A DNA stretch of 64,000 nt from positions 324 through 64,323 of the forward strand of contig CBHTVR010000011.1 in assembly GCA_966096795.1 (NCBI GenBank). Direction: 5' to 3'. Below the pieces are notes generated by a model, which saw only the letters and a list, made by a program, of their open reading frames with translations, had not been told where the DNA came from and did not search any database. This DNA is from an uncultured Gammaproteobacteria bacterium. Lineage in GTDB: Bacteria; Pseudomonadota; Gammaproteobacteria; Xanthomonadales; Xanthomonadaceae. The position numbers and the translations under genes were made by a program. This document shows, in pieces, positions 37,271-46,498 of the stretch (position 1 is the stretch's first letter; each line of letters starts with the position of its first letter).

Positions 37271-39091
37271 TCAGAATCCAGCGCGGCTATTGTCAAGCCA
37301 GCTGCCAGGCACCAGTCCGAAACGCGTGGTCTCCGGCAAGTCCTTGCCCGGCCTCGAGATCTGGACGTTCGAATAGACGATGGTAAATCCACCCGCCATC
37401 GTCTTCACTTCGCCTTCGACAACGACTGAACCAAATACTTGGGCATGGCCAACGCCCGAAAGTTCAGCGGTGTCGTTGCTGCTCCGGACGAACAGCAGGC
37501 CATACAACAAAGTGCTGTTCATCTTCGCCTTGTTATTCACCACCACGATGGCCGGAGCGTCAGGAGATCCGACCTGGGCCGGCAAAGTACAAAGCGGATC
37601 GTCGTCGGGATTGGTATCACCTGCGGTCTCAACGACGTAATACAAGCCGGATGCCGACGAACCGAGCGCGTTTAGCTGGGTGCAAGTAACCTGTTGCGCG
37701 TTGAGCTCGCTCGCCGATGTCAGATAGTTGACCGCGCAATTGGCGACCGGCGTGCAATTTGTGAGCGTTGGGCCTTGCTGCCCGTAGTGGGACAAGTCGG
37801 CCTGCGAAGTTTTGGTCGTATTGCTCTCGCCACTTACGTTGAACACCCATTCGAACAGGGAATCATCGGAGAGCGCCGACGCATCCCACGCCGCGATAGC
37901 CGCGGCACTGGATCCACCCGGCGCCCCACCGACGACATTGTCCATGCCGCGACCAGGGAAGAAGGTGATGTCGGGGCTGACGCCCTTGCTCAGGTTGCCG
38001 GAGGCCTCCGCACTGGTCGGCGTCGGCCTGTCGACGTCCAGGATGTCGATGTTCTCACAGCAGTTGGAGGCACCCGGCACGTGCCCCGAGAGCATGTTGG
38101 GGTTCTTGGCGTAAACAATTTCCTTGGTGGCACCGTTGCCGATCGACGGACAGCCACAGGCGTTGTTGACCGTAGCGCAGGTGGTCAACAACTGTGATTC
38201 GGGCGTTGCCTTCAGGTATTCACCAACCTGACAAGTCGACACGCTGGCACAGCTGCCGCCGCCCGTGCAGTCAATGTCCGCATCGGCAGCCGACCAGATC
38301 GAGACCGGGATACCGGTTCCGCCGCCATTGGAGGCAGTTACGATTTCAGCATTACCCACGCCGTTGATGGTGCCCGATGCTACCAGTGGCACCGAGGCGC
38401 CCACGGCAAACGTATCGAAATTTCCAACGGTCGCCTTCATCTCGCTGGCGGCGCCCTCGCCGGGCAAGGTAGCCTTCGAAATAAGGGTTACTGCGATGCG
38501 ATTGTTCGAGTCGGAACTTGGCGTCGCCCGGCACTGCGTCGGCTGCAGCACGCCACCAACCTTGTACGCGGTGTCGAGACGACAAAGCAGTGCCGTCACC
38601 GTCGTGCCCGTTGTCGAAAACACCTTGCCAACGGTGGTGAGTTGACCGGATGCGTCCTGGACCAAGCTGTCAAACGGCAGGCTGGTCGAACCGTTCAGAC
38701 TTCCGTCAACGGTCCAGAAATACATCTGGCTTCGGCGGCTTGCCGTGGGCTCGGACATGCAAGGATGGGTCGCTCCCATGGAGGTCACGTCAGAGCACTT
38801 CACCCAATGCGGGGCGCTGCCTGCAGGCAGCCAGCCCAGTGTCTGCTCAGACGCGATCTTGACGACGTTGGCCTTTAGATACTCGATGCCGAGATTCAGG
38901 GAGTATTGGGCAGCATCATCGGCGAGCTTTTGCCGATTCTCGTTGGTCGCCGTCTTCTGCTCGAACAGGGCAACGCTTGACGAACTCAGCACGATCACGG
39001 TCAGGATGGCCAGGATGATCAGTGTCACGACAAGCGTGGCAACGCCTCGCTGCGTGCGCCCACTGGAAGGAGATTGGCGGATGGCATTCAT
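37271..39091 (-). CDS. PilX-N-domain minor pilin-like protein, extended (606 aa)
   Basis: The N-terminus QRGVATLVVTLIILAILTVIVLSSSSVALFEQKTATNENRQKLADDAAQ matches the PilX_N pattern. A large Cys-containing body follows, and the C-terminus is LLYGLLFV...AQVFGSVVVEGEV...GGFTIVY. Confidence 0.7.
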   Translation of the reverse strand: MNAIRQSPSSGRTQRGVATLVVTLIILAILTVIVLSSSSVALFEQKTATNENRQKLADDAAQYSLNLGIEYLKANVVKIASEQTLGWLPAGSAPHWVKCSDVTSMGATHPCMSEPTASRRSQMYFWTVDGSLNGSTSLPFDSLVQDASGQLTTVGKVFSTTGTTVTALLCRLDTAYKVGGVLQPTQCRATPSSDSNNRIAVTLISKATLPGEGAASEMKATVGNFDTFAVGASVPLVASGTINGVGNAEIVTASNGGGTGIPVSIWSAADADIDCTGGGSCASVSTCQVGEYLKATPESQLLTTCATVNNACGCPSIGNGATKEIVYAKNPNMLSGHVPGASNCCENIDILDVDRPTPTSAEASGNLSKGVSPDITFFPGRGMDNVVGGAPGGSSAAAIAAWDASALSDDSLFEWVFNVSGESNTTKTSQADLSHYGQQGPTLTNCTPVANCAVNYLTSASELNAQQVTCTQLNALGSSASGLYYVVETAGDTNPDDDPLCTLPAQVGSPDAPAIVVVNNKAKMNSTLLYGLLFVRSSNDTAELSGVGHAQVFGSVVVEGEVKTMAGGFTIVYSNVQISRPGKDLPETTRFGLVPGSWLDNSRAGF

Positions 39092-39109
39092 GGTCTGGCC
39101 TGGTAGGGA

Positions 39110-39976
39110 TCAGGGACGAGCGTTGCAGTCGGTGATGAGTTCACGCATGCAGTCGCTGCGGATCTTGATGCTGGACTGGAGGCTGCGGGAATAGTCTGAG
39201 AATGTAGTACCGGTGTTGGCGCGAAGGCGACCGGTAATGGTTATGTCAAACTGGCGGGAGATCTGCGCGCTTGGATTTGCGCCAATCGTGCTGCTGCGGT
39301 TGACCACCGTGAGGGCCGTGACGTCAATCCGGTTGGGGTCACTGAGCGGGCACCAGCCAGTCGTCGTGTTGCAGCCCGGATACAAGCTGGTGGCCGAATA
39401 CGCCGGGCCAGCATCCGAGCATACCGGCCGCGCAGAGTTGATCGAACTGTCGAAGTACTCGATAACACCGATGTTCGACATGGGGCCGACGGTCCGGGGG
39501 CGAAGTCGAATCGCCCGCACCTCACCGTTTGACAGGTCCAGCGTGCCCTCGGTCCCCACCTTGGTGGTCCCATTATTTGGATAGCTGCGGTCGTAGCTGT
39601 AAATGATGCAGTCGCCCGTACTATTGGCAGCGCTACCGGTAATAGCAACTTCCTGCAGGCAGGTCGTCGGCGCGCCCGTGGCGGACAAGCACAACGGAGT
39701 GAACGGCGAAACATTCTTGTTGCCAACGTATTTCAGCCCATCGTCGTCGTAGCCGGCACGCCGAAGATCCCGGGTGATCAGATCCATCGAGTTGCGCAAC
39801 TCCTGGCTGAGCCGGGTCGACTGCACGTACTCTCCACTGCTCTTCATGGTGGACATGAAGAAAGAAAGTACTGCCCCCGAGACGATCAGGCCGGCGACAA
39901 CTGCGAGCATCATCTCCACGAGGGTGAAGCCCCGCACACCGCCTGTCGCCAGCATCGGTTGCCGCGCCCGGCGCAT
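39110..39976 (-). CDS. pilW: PilW-like type IV minor pilin (288 aa)
   Basis: The ATG at 39976 overlaps the upstream TGA (TGATG). The prepilin signal is ...GGVRG|FTLVEMMLAVVAGLIVSG, followed by SQELRNSMDLITRDLRRAGY, typical of PilW. Confidence 0.75.
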   Translation of the reverse strand: MRRARQPMLATGGVRGFTLVEMMLAVVAGLIVSGAVLSFFMSTMKSSGEYVQSTRLSQELRNSMDLITRDLRRAGYDDDGLKYVGNKNVSPFTPLCLSATGAPTTCLQEVAITGSAANSTGDCIIYSYDRSYPNNGTTKVGTEGTLDLSNGEVRAIRLRPRTVGPMSNIGVIEYFDSSINSARPVCSDAGPAYSATSLYPGCNTTTGWCPLSDPNRIDVTALTVVNRSSTIGANPSAQISRQFDITITGRLRANTGTTFSDYSRSLQSSIKIRSDCMRELITDCNARP

Positions 39977-40593
39977 CACGGCGAGCACCGCTGGTTGCTG
40001 TAATCGGTCATCTTGTCTACCGCCGAACTTGGTTCACAAAGAACTCCGCGACCCAGACGATCCACGAGCAGGCGCAGCTGGTAGGCCTTTGGGCCAGAGG
40101 GGCCCTTCAAGGTCACTACGCCCGCAGTACTTCCGTCAATCAGGGCCGTGCGCTTGGGATCCACCACAGCGGTGGCAATGGTGCCGCTGGGCCACGCCAC
40201 CCCGCCAAGCGTCACCGCGCTCAGCGTGACTCCGTTCCATTCAGCCTGGGCCGCCGGATACTGAGCGACATTGCAGGCTCCGGCAGTGAAGCAATCGCAA
40301 GGAGTGGCGATGTCGGTGGCGTCGATGGTCGTCGTGGCGGCGCCAAGGCAGAAATTCGCACCGCTTGAGGACTGTGCTACCCCCACTTTGACCAAGGAGT
40401 TGCGTTTGGCGGCTTCAAGCCTCGCTTGGTTCCAGAAGCTCTGGGTCTGATCTGCAGCACCGCGAAGCGCGGCACGCTGCTGCGTAGCCTGGAACATCGG
40501 AAGCGCCAGCAGGGAGAGGATCAACAACACCGCAAGCGTGACCATGAGCTCGATCAACGTGAAACCGCTGGGAAACCTTGGCCCCGATGACAT
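39976..40593 (-). CDS. GspH/FimU-like type IV minor pilin (205 aa)
   Basis: ORF 39976..40773 trimmed to the ATG at 40593: MSSGPRFPSG|FTLIELMVTLAVLLILSLLALPMF. It is the first gene of the minus-strand operon. Confidence 0.7.
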   Translation of the reverse strand: MSSGPRFPSGFTLIELMVTLAVLLILSLLALPMFQATQQRAALRGAADQTQSFWNQARLEAAKRNSLVKVGVAQSSSGANFCLGAATTTIDATDIATPCDCFTAGACNVAQYPAAQAEWNGVTLSAVTLGGVAWPSGTIATAVVDPKRTALIDGSTAGVVTLKGPSGPKAYQLRLLVDRLGRGVLCEPSSAVDKMTDYSNQRCSP

Positions 40594-40750
40594 TGTTGAC
40601 CCCTGTGCTGTACTTGGGCATGAGACTCCACGATCTGCCCGGCAGGCAAGGGCAGACCGATGAGCGGCGGCGTTTGGCAGATGAGCCGGGGGCGGTACCA
40701 CTCCCAGCCGCAGGGTGCTAGGATCGCGGCGAAAGCCAAGGGACCTGGTC

Positions 40751-41164
40751 ATGAAATCACGGCGCGGATTCACACTGCTGGAACTGATGATCGTGGTGCT
40801 GGTTATCGCTGTGCTTGCCGGGCTGGCGTTCTCGGCCTACAACAAGCAGGTGCGCAAGAGCCGTCGCGCCGAGGCCAAGCAGGCTTTGTCGGATGTCGCG
40901 CTCCGCCAGGAGAAATGGCGGTCGGATCACGTCAAGTACCTCGGAACCGACTCTACTGCCGCCAACAAGACGTTGTTTGGCGCGCTGGCGACCAGCAGCT
41001 ACTACAACATTTCGATCTCCACCGCCGAAAGTGCTACCGCCTGGACAGCAACGGCGGTGCCGAAGTCGGGCTCGGACCAGGCGAAGGATACCTGCGGAAC
41101 CCTCAGTCTCCAGATGTCATCTGGCGTGGTCAGCAAGCTGCCAACGACCAACGGCTGCTGGTAA
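40751..41164 (+). CDS. pilE: PilE-like type IV pilin (137 aa)
   Basis: Trimmed to the ATG at 40751: MKSRRG|FTLLELMIVVLVIAVLAGLAFSAYNKQVRKSRRAEAKQAL. A C-terminal Cys pair is present (DTCGTL...TNGCW). It is divergent from the minor-pilin operon. Confidence 0.8.
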   Translation: MKSRRGFTLLELMIVVLVIAVLAGLAFSAYNKQVRKSRRAEAKQALSDVALRQEKWRSDHVKYLGTDSTAANKTLFGALATSSYYNISISTAESATAWTATAVPKSGSDQAKDTCGTLSLQMSSGVVSKLPTTNGCW

Positions 41165-41180
41165 CTCGCGCCCCGGGGCC

Positions 41181-42596
41181 TCAGCCCCGGACCTGGTAAC
41201 AGGGCTGGTACTCGCCCACCATCTTCATTCGCCGCTGCTCCACGAAGGCGCGCAGCAGGCCGTCTAGCGCCTGCATGATTTCCGGGTCGCCGTGGATCTG
41301 GAAGGGGCCGCGTTGCTCGATGCAGCGCATGCCCTCCTCCTTCACGTTGCCGGCGACGATGCCCGAGAAGGCCCGGCGCAGGTTCGCCGCCAGCCGGTGC
41401 ACGGGCTGGTCGCGGTGCAGGTTCAGCGCCGCCATCGCTTCATGGTCGGGGCGGAACGGCAACTGGAATTCCGCCGGAATGCGCAGCGACCAGTTGAAGA
41501 AGAAGGCGTCCTTGTTGTCCAGCCGCTGCTCGCGCACCTTGCGCACGCCGTGGGTCATGGTGGTGGCCACGCGGCCGGCATCGTCCACGATGATCTGGTA
41601 GAAGGCGGTGGCCGACTCGCCCAGGGTCAGGCGCAGGAACTGATCAATCTGCTCGAAGTAAGCCGCCGACGCGCGCGGACCCGTCAGGATCAGCGGCAGC
41701 GCGATGCCGGCATTGTCCGGATGCATCAGCAAGCCGAGCAGGTAGAGGATTTCCTCGGCAGTGCCGACGCCGCCGGGAAACACGATGATGCCGTGGCCCA
41801 GGCGCACGAACGCCTCAAGCCGCTTTTCGATATCCGGCATGATCACCAGGTGGTTGACGATCGGGTTCGGCGATTCGGCGGCGATGATGCCCGGCTCGGT
41901 GATGCCGATGTAGCGGTTGCCGCCGCGGCGTTGCTTGGCGTGGGCGATGGTGGCGCCCTTCATCGGGCCCTTCATGGCGCCCGGGCCGCAGCCGGTGCAG
42001 ATGTCCAGGCGGCGCAGGCCCAGTTCGTAGCCGACCTTCTTGGTGTAGTCGTACTCGTCGCGGCCGATGGAATGGCCGCCCCAGCAGACCACCAGATTCG
42101 GGTCCTGGTGCGGGCGCAGCACGCGCGCGTTGCGCAGGATCTCGAACACCGCGCCGGTCAGGCCTTCGCTGGTGTGCAGGTCGAACTTGTGGCTGCCCTG
42201 GATCTCGATGGCGACATAGGCGATATCGCGCACCACCGCGTACAGCAACTCGGCCACGCCGCGGATGATCTCGCCGTCCACGAACGCCAATGCCGGCGCC
42301 TGAACCAGTTCGATCTTGATGCCACGGTCCTGCTGATGCACGTGGATGTCGAAATTCGGGTAGCGCTGCTGGGCGGCGCGCGGATCGTCGGAGTCGCTGC
42401 CGGTGGTCAGCACGGCCAAGGCGCAGCGGCGCAGCAGTTCATGCAGTCCGCCAGAGGAGGCGTCGCGCAGGCGCGCGATTTCATCGCGCGACAGGATATC
42501 CAGGCCGCCACGCGGCGAGATGCGGGCATTGACGGTGGGCAGGGGGCCGGGCGCCGGGGGCAGCGGGTCGGTGATGCCGGAATCTGGGTCGCTCAT
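41181..42596 (-). CDS. ppnN: nucleotide 5'-monophosphate nucleosidase PpnN / LOG-family protein (471 aa)
   Basis: The LOG core is TGCGPGAMKGPMKGA...VIMPDIEKRLEAFVRLGHGIIVFPGGVGTAEEI, with the N- and C-terminal extensions typical of YgdH/PpnN. Confidence 0.85.
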   Translation of the reverse strand: MSDPDSGITDPLPPAPGPLPTVNARISPRGGLDILSRDEIARLRDASSGGLHELLRRCALAVLTTGSDSDDPRAAQQRYPNFDIHVHQQDRGIKIELVQAPALAFVDGEIIRGVAELLYAVVRDIAYVAIEIQGSHKFDLHTSEGLTGAVFEILRNARVLRPHQDPNLVVCWGGHSIGRDEYDYTKKVGYELGLRRLDICTGCGPGAMKGPMKGATIAHAKQRRGGNRYIGITEPGIIAAESPNPIVNHLVIMPDIEKRLEAFVRLGHGIIVFPGGVGTAEEILYLLGLLMHPDNAGIALPLILTGPRASAAYFEQIDQFLRLTLGESATAFYQIIVDDAGRVATTMTHGVRKVREQRLDNKDAFFFNWSLRIPAEFQLPFRPDHEAMAALNLHRDQPVHRLAANLRRAFSGIVAGNVKEEGMRCIEQRGPFQIHGDPEIMQALDGLLRAFVEQRRMKMVGEYQPCYQVRG

Positions 42597-42705
42597 TGGG
42601 TGTGCTTTTCGCCATCGCTTTCTTGGCCGATGACTTTAACACCCGGAGCAAACTGCCGATGCAATCCGGGCGGCCCGGGGGTGAACCGGGCCGCGCCGTG
42701 CCGCC

Positions 42706-42945
42706 CTACTTCTTGCAGGACACGAACTTGCCGGCGGCATCGCGGCAGGGTGCCGGCTTGGCCTTCACCGGGCACTTGATGAACTTGCCGGTCGCGTCAT
42801 GGCAACGGACCGCAGCGGGCTTCGCCGGCGTTGTGCGGGTCGCCGGCGCGGCAGCGGGCTGCGCCTGGCCTGCGGCGAACGCCGGCGAGCCAGCCAAGGC
42901 CAGCGAAAGCGCAAGGGCGAGGGAAAGAAGGGGTCGCATGGTCAT
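42706..42945 (-). CDS. small secreted protein with duplicated C-x-D-A-x-G-K-F-x-x-C motif (about 77-79 aa)
   Basis: Trimmed to the ATG at 42945 (or 42939). AGGAG lies upstream. The signal peptide is MRPLLSLALALSLALAGSPAFA. The mature part contains CHDATGKFIKC and CRDAAGKFVSC. Confidence 0.55.
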   Translation of the reverse strand: MTMRPLLSLALALSLALAGSPAFAAGQAQPAAAPATRTTPAKPAAVRCHDATGKFIKCPVKAKPAPCRDAAGKFVSCKK

Positions 42946-43071
42946 CGCTCCTGGAGTGGGCCCGGGAAGGGGCAGCCTCATCCTGGCGCCGACCGCCTGC
43001 GCGATTGCTGGATGGCACATTACCGGGCGTTAATCCAGGAAGAAAAGCACTGGTCGGCGCCGCCCCGGAAA

Positions 43072-43107
43072 CAAAAAAACGGCCGGGTTTCCCCGGCCGT
43101 CTCTTTT
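43072..43107 (-). terminator. intrinsic terminator after the TonB-dependent receptor gene
   Basis: aaaaaaacggccggg-tttc-cccggccgtctcttttt: a perfect 9-bp GC stem with A and T runs on both sides. Confidence 0.85.
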
Positions 43108-43126
43108 TACAGCTGTTACGTCGGAA

Positions 43127-46100
43127 TCAGAAGCTGTACCTGACGGTGAACAGCGCCTGCCAGCGGGACACGACGCGACCCGGGTTGGCCGAGCTGTCGC
43201 GCACGGTGGGGTCGGTCCACGACGGGGTGGTCAGCGAACCGAGGTCGTAAACGTACTTGCCGCCAGTCACGTCGGAGATGTTGGCCAGGCGACGGCTGCC
43301 GAAGAAGCCCAGTCCGCGCTGGTCACCCCAATCCTTGTTGAGCATGTTCAGGAAGTTGTAGATGTCCAGGCGCACGACGAACTTGTTGCCGTCGACGAAG
43401 CCCGGCAGCTCCTGCTGCAAGCCGATATCGAGCTGGTTGACCCAGGGCTGGTGCATCGCGTTGCGGCCGGCGATCTGGCCGCGGTGCGAACGCAGGTAAC
43501 GGTCGCTCTCGATCAGGGCCTGGAAGGCCGCGATGCGCTCCGGCGTGGCAGCGGTCACCACGCCATTCGTGACTTGGACATAGCTCCCCACGATCGGATC
43601 GTTGATCATCGGGATGTAGGCCAGGTCCACGTCGGTGGCCACGGCGTCGCCGTTCACGTCACCGCCGAACACCCAGCTGTACGGCTGGCCGGTATGACCG
43701 TTGTAGTACGCGGTCAGCGTGGTCTTGTAGTCACCGAAGAAGGCGTGATCCCAAGCCACCGACGCCTTCACCGAGAGCGGGATATCGAAGCGGGAAGCCG
43801 CCTCGACGATCTCGTTCGGGTTGGTGCGCGCAACGAAGTTGTAGTTCGAGTAAGCCTGCGAGCTGGAGCCCGGGTTGACCTCGGTGGCGTGGGTGCCGGT
43901 GATGCTGAAGTTGCCGCTGAAGCCGTGCGACATCGCCTTGGCCAGCGCGAAGGTCACGGAGTTCGAAACACCCTTGTCGGTGTTGGTCAGCAAGGTCGAA
44001 CGCGTGTTGAGCTCCGGGAAGGCGCCGTTGTTGGTGCCCGTGCCAATGCCGGCGCCCGGCGTCGGGAAGGTCTTCCAGTACGAGTCACGACCGTCCGGCA
44101 GCTTGCCCTTCGGCGTGCCGATGTTCGGCAGCAGATAGGCGATCGCGTCCTTGGCCTTGATGTGGGTGTATTCCACGGAACCGGTCAGGCCCCAGGGCAT
44201 CTCGACATCGAAGCCCAGGCTGAGCTTCCAGGCGGACGGCAGCTTGAAGTCCGGGTCCAGCACGTCGATCTGGCAGGTGGCAGCGGCGGTGCAGAAGCCG
44301 GGCTGAAGCGAAGCAGACGTCGGGCCGGGCTGGGCATTAGGATCGGAGCTGAAGGGGTTGGCGAGCGAGGGATTGGCGGTCGTGTTGGTGAAAGTGAATT
44401 GCTTGGCCGAAACATAGCCGTTGTTGATGTACGGATTGGACAGCCACACGGTCGGCGGCGTCGTCTGGAACAGGCCCACGCCACCACGCAGCTGCATCTT
44501 GCGCTCGGTGTCGAAGGTGTAGTTGAAGGCGAAGCGCGGCTCGACGACCTTGTTCTTCGAGCCCAGCGTGGTGTTGCTGGGATAGCCAAAGCGCGTTTCC
44601 CAGACCGGCGCGCCTGCGGTCGTACCCGAAGCCGGAACCGGCGGAGTGCCCGACGTGCCCTCGACGGCGACCGGCGGAGCATGGTCGGACTTCGGAATGT
44701 TCACGCGCACACCCAGGACAACGGACAGATTGTCCGTGACCTGCCAGGTGTCCTGCAGGAAGGGGCTGACTTGGCTGTACTTCCAAGCGCCGCCGGCATC
44801 AGCCAGGCTCACGCCATCAGGCAGGTAGTTCTTGACGAAGGTGCCGTAGTTTCCGGCGGCGATTTCGTCCGCGGGAGTGCCGTTGTTGTTCTTGTCGTAG
44901 AAGCCGTAGGACCCGTGCAGCAACTGCCCGAAGATATCGAGCGATTCGTTGCTCATGAAGTCAACGCCGCCCTTGATCACGTGGTCGCCAGCATAGTAAG
45001 TGCCGGACAAGGAGGCGGTGATGCGCTTGCTGTTGATCGCATTCTCGTGGCGGAAACGATCTTCGCCCGCGATGACCCACCCGGTGGAGGACGAAATGCT
45101 GGTGGGGTTGTTGCTGCAGACCGTGGAGCTGAAGCAGGCGAACACTTCAGGCTGGTCGATGGCGGCGCCATTGACGTTGTCGTACTTCTGGTAACCGACC
45201 TTCAACTCGGTGCTGAAGTTCTCGGTCCAGTCGCTGAACAACTGGAACGAGTAATTGTCGGTCTTGCTGGCGCTGGTGTAGAAGTTGCTGGGCAGGATGA
45301 CGCTCCAGTCCTTCACATAGCCGCTGTACGGGCCGGGACGGGCTTCTTCCGTGCGCTGGTAGGTGAAGGTGGCGCGCTGGCTGTCGGTGATGTTCCAGTC
45401 GAGCTTGGCCAGGGTGCGCTTGTTTTCAAGGGCGAACGTATTGCCACCGCCGGAGGCGCCGGTGTCGATGCCGATGCTCTCGAAGGCCGCAGCCACGGCG
45501 TCAACCTGCGCCTGGGTCAGCTTGCCGGTGGTGGTGGCATCGGCGCCCACGCCGGTGATGCCGTCGATCTTCTGGTCTTCATAGGACACGAAGAAGTACA
45601 GCTTGTCCTTCACCAGCGGGCCGCCGAAGGTGAAGCCCGCGGTCTTGTTCTTGTCGAACACGGTGAAGTCCGAACCCGGACGGTCGCCGACCATGTTGCT
45701 GCCATCGGTCAGGGCGTAATACACCGAGCCGTGGAAGTTGTTGGTACCGGACTTGGTGACGGCGTTGATGTTGGCGCCGACGGCGTCGGAGGTGACGTCG
45801 TAGTCAGTCACCTTGATGTCGTAGGCGGCAATCGTGTCGGGCGAGATCGGCGAACCGGTGAAGCCCAGGCCATTGGCATTCAGGCCGAACGGGTCGGTCA
45901 CCGACAGGCCGTCAACGCTGATGTTGTTGTAGCGGTTGTTCTGGCCGGCCACCGAGATGGAACCATCGCTCTGGTCAGTCACGGTGATGCGCGGATCCAG
46001 GCGAGCGATGTCGTCCAGCGCGCGGTTGCCGCTGACGGCGGTTTCCAGGGCGCGTCCGCTGATGTTGGTGCCGACGCCCTTGTTGTCACTCGAGAAGACG

Positions 46101-46498
46101 CTGGACGCCGCGCCGGTAACGACGACGGTGTCGAGCGTGGTGTCGGCGCCGGCATGCAGCTTGGCGTCGACGTTGTTGACCTGGTTCAAGTTCAGGAAGA
46201 TGCCCTGCTCGGTATCGGTACCGACGCCGGACTTGTTCACCGTGATGGTGTACGGGCCACCCACGCGCAGGCCGCGGGCGATGTAGCGGCCGTTGGCATC
46301 GGTAACGGCACGGCTGACAGTGCCGGACTCGACGTGGGTGATGCTGACTTCTGCGCCAGCGACAGGCTGGCCGTCGGCACCGACAACCTGGCCGCCGACA
46401 CCGGCGGAGGTGCTCTGCGCGAAGGCCGGGGCCGCGGCAAGCGCGACAGCGAGGCCGAGGGCGAGCTTGGAGAGCCGGACCCGATTGCGATTCATCAT
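43127..46498 (-). CDS. TonB-dependent receptor, Oar-like, with N-terminal carboxypeptidase-regulatory-like domain (1123 aa)
   Basis: Trimmed to the ATG at 46498 (MMNRNRVRLSKLALGLAVALAAAPAFA). The N-terminal domain stretch is GGQVVGADGQPVAGAEVSITHVESGTVSRAVTDANGRYIARGLRVGGPYTI. The C-terminal residue is F (TVRYSF), as expected for a terminal barrel strand. Confidence 0.9.
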   Translation of the reverse strand: MMNRNRVRLSKLALGLAVALAAAPAFAQSTSAGVGGQVVGADGQPVAGAEVSITHVESGTVSRAVTDANGRYIARGLRVGGPYTITVNKSGVGTDTEQGIFLNLNQVNNVDAKLHAGADTTLDTVVVTGAASSVFSSDNKGVGTNISGRALETAVSGNRALDDIARLDPRITVTDQSDGSISVAGQNNRYNNISVDGLSVTDPFGLNANGLGFTGSPISPDTIAAYDIKVTDYDVTSDAVGANINAVTKSGTNNFHGSVYYALTDGSNMVGDRPGSDFTVFDKNKTAGFTFGGPLVKDKLYFFVSYEDQKIDGITGVGADATTTGKLTQAQVDAVAAAFESIGIDTGASGGGNTFALENKRTLAKLDWNITDSQRATFTYQRTEEARPGPYSGYVKDWSVILPSNFYTSASKTDNYSFQLFSDWTENFSTELKVGYQKYDNVNGAAIDQPEVFACFSSTVCSNNPTSISSSTGWVIAGEDRFRHENAINSKRITASLSGTYYAGDHVIKGGVDFMSNESLDIFGQLLHGSYGFYDKNNNGTPADEIAAGNYGTFVKNYLPDGVSLADAGGAWKYSQVSPFLQDTWQVTDNLSVVLGVRVNIPKSDHAPPVAVEGTSGTPPVPASGTTAGAPVWETRFGYPSNTTLGSKNKVVEPRFAFNYTFDTERKMQLRGGVGLFQTTPPTVWLSNPYINNGYVSAKQFTFTNTTANPSLANPFSSDPNAQPGPTSASLQPGFCTAAATCQIDVLDPDFKLPSAWKLSLGFDVEMPWGLTGSVEYTHIKAKDAIAYLLPNIGTPKGKLPDGRDSYWKTFPTPGAGIGTGTNNGAFPELNTRSTLLTNTDKGVSNSVTFALAKAMSHGFSGNFSITGTHATEVNPGSSSQAYSNYNFVARTNPNEIVEAASRFDIPLSVKASVAWDHAFFGDYKTTLTAYYNGHTGQPYSWVFGGDVNGDAVATDVDLAYIPMINDPIVGSYVQVTNGVVTAATPERIAAFQALIESDRYLRSHRGQIAGRNAMHQPWVNQLDIGLQQELPGFVDGNKFVVRLDIYNFLNMLNKDWGDQRGLGFFGSRRLANISDVTGGKYVYDLGSLTTPSWTDPTVRDSSANPGRVVSRWQALFTVRYSF

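Noticed and set aside
40675-40690. Sigma-54 promoter upstream of the PilE-like gene (TGGCAG-atgag-CCGG)
   Set aside because: The -24-like TGGCAG is present, but the -12 element lacks the TTGC/GC consensus at the right spacing. This is not enough to call a promoter.
41292-42779. 495-aa plus-strand ORF
   Set aside because: It is antisense to ppnN, which has a clear LOG-family core.
42706-42945. PsiF (phosphate-starvation-inducible) family assignment for the small Cys-motif protein
   Set aside because: The E. coli PsiF repeat, as I recall it, is longer and differs in sequence. The resemblance is limited to it being a small duplicated secreted protein.
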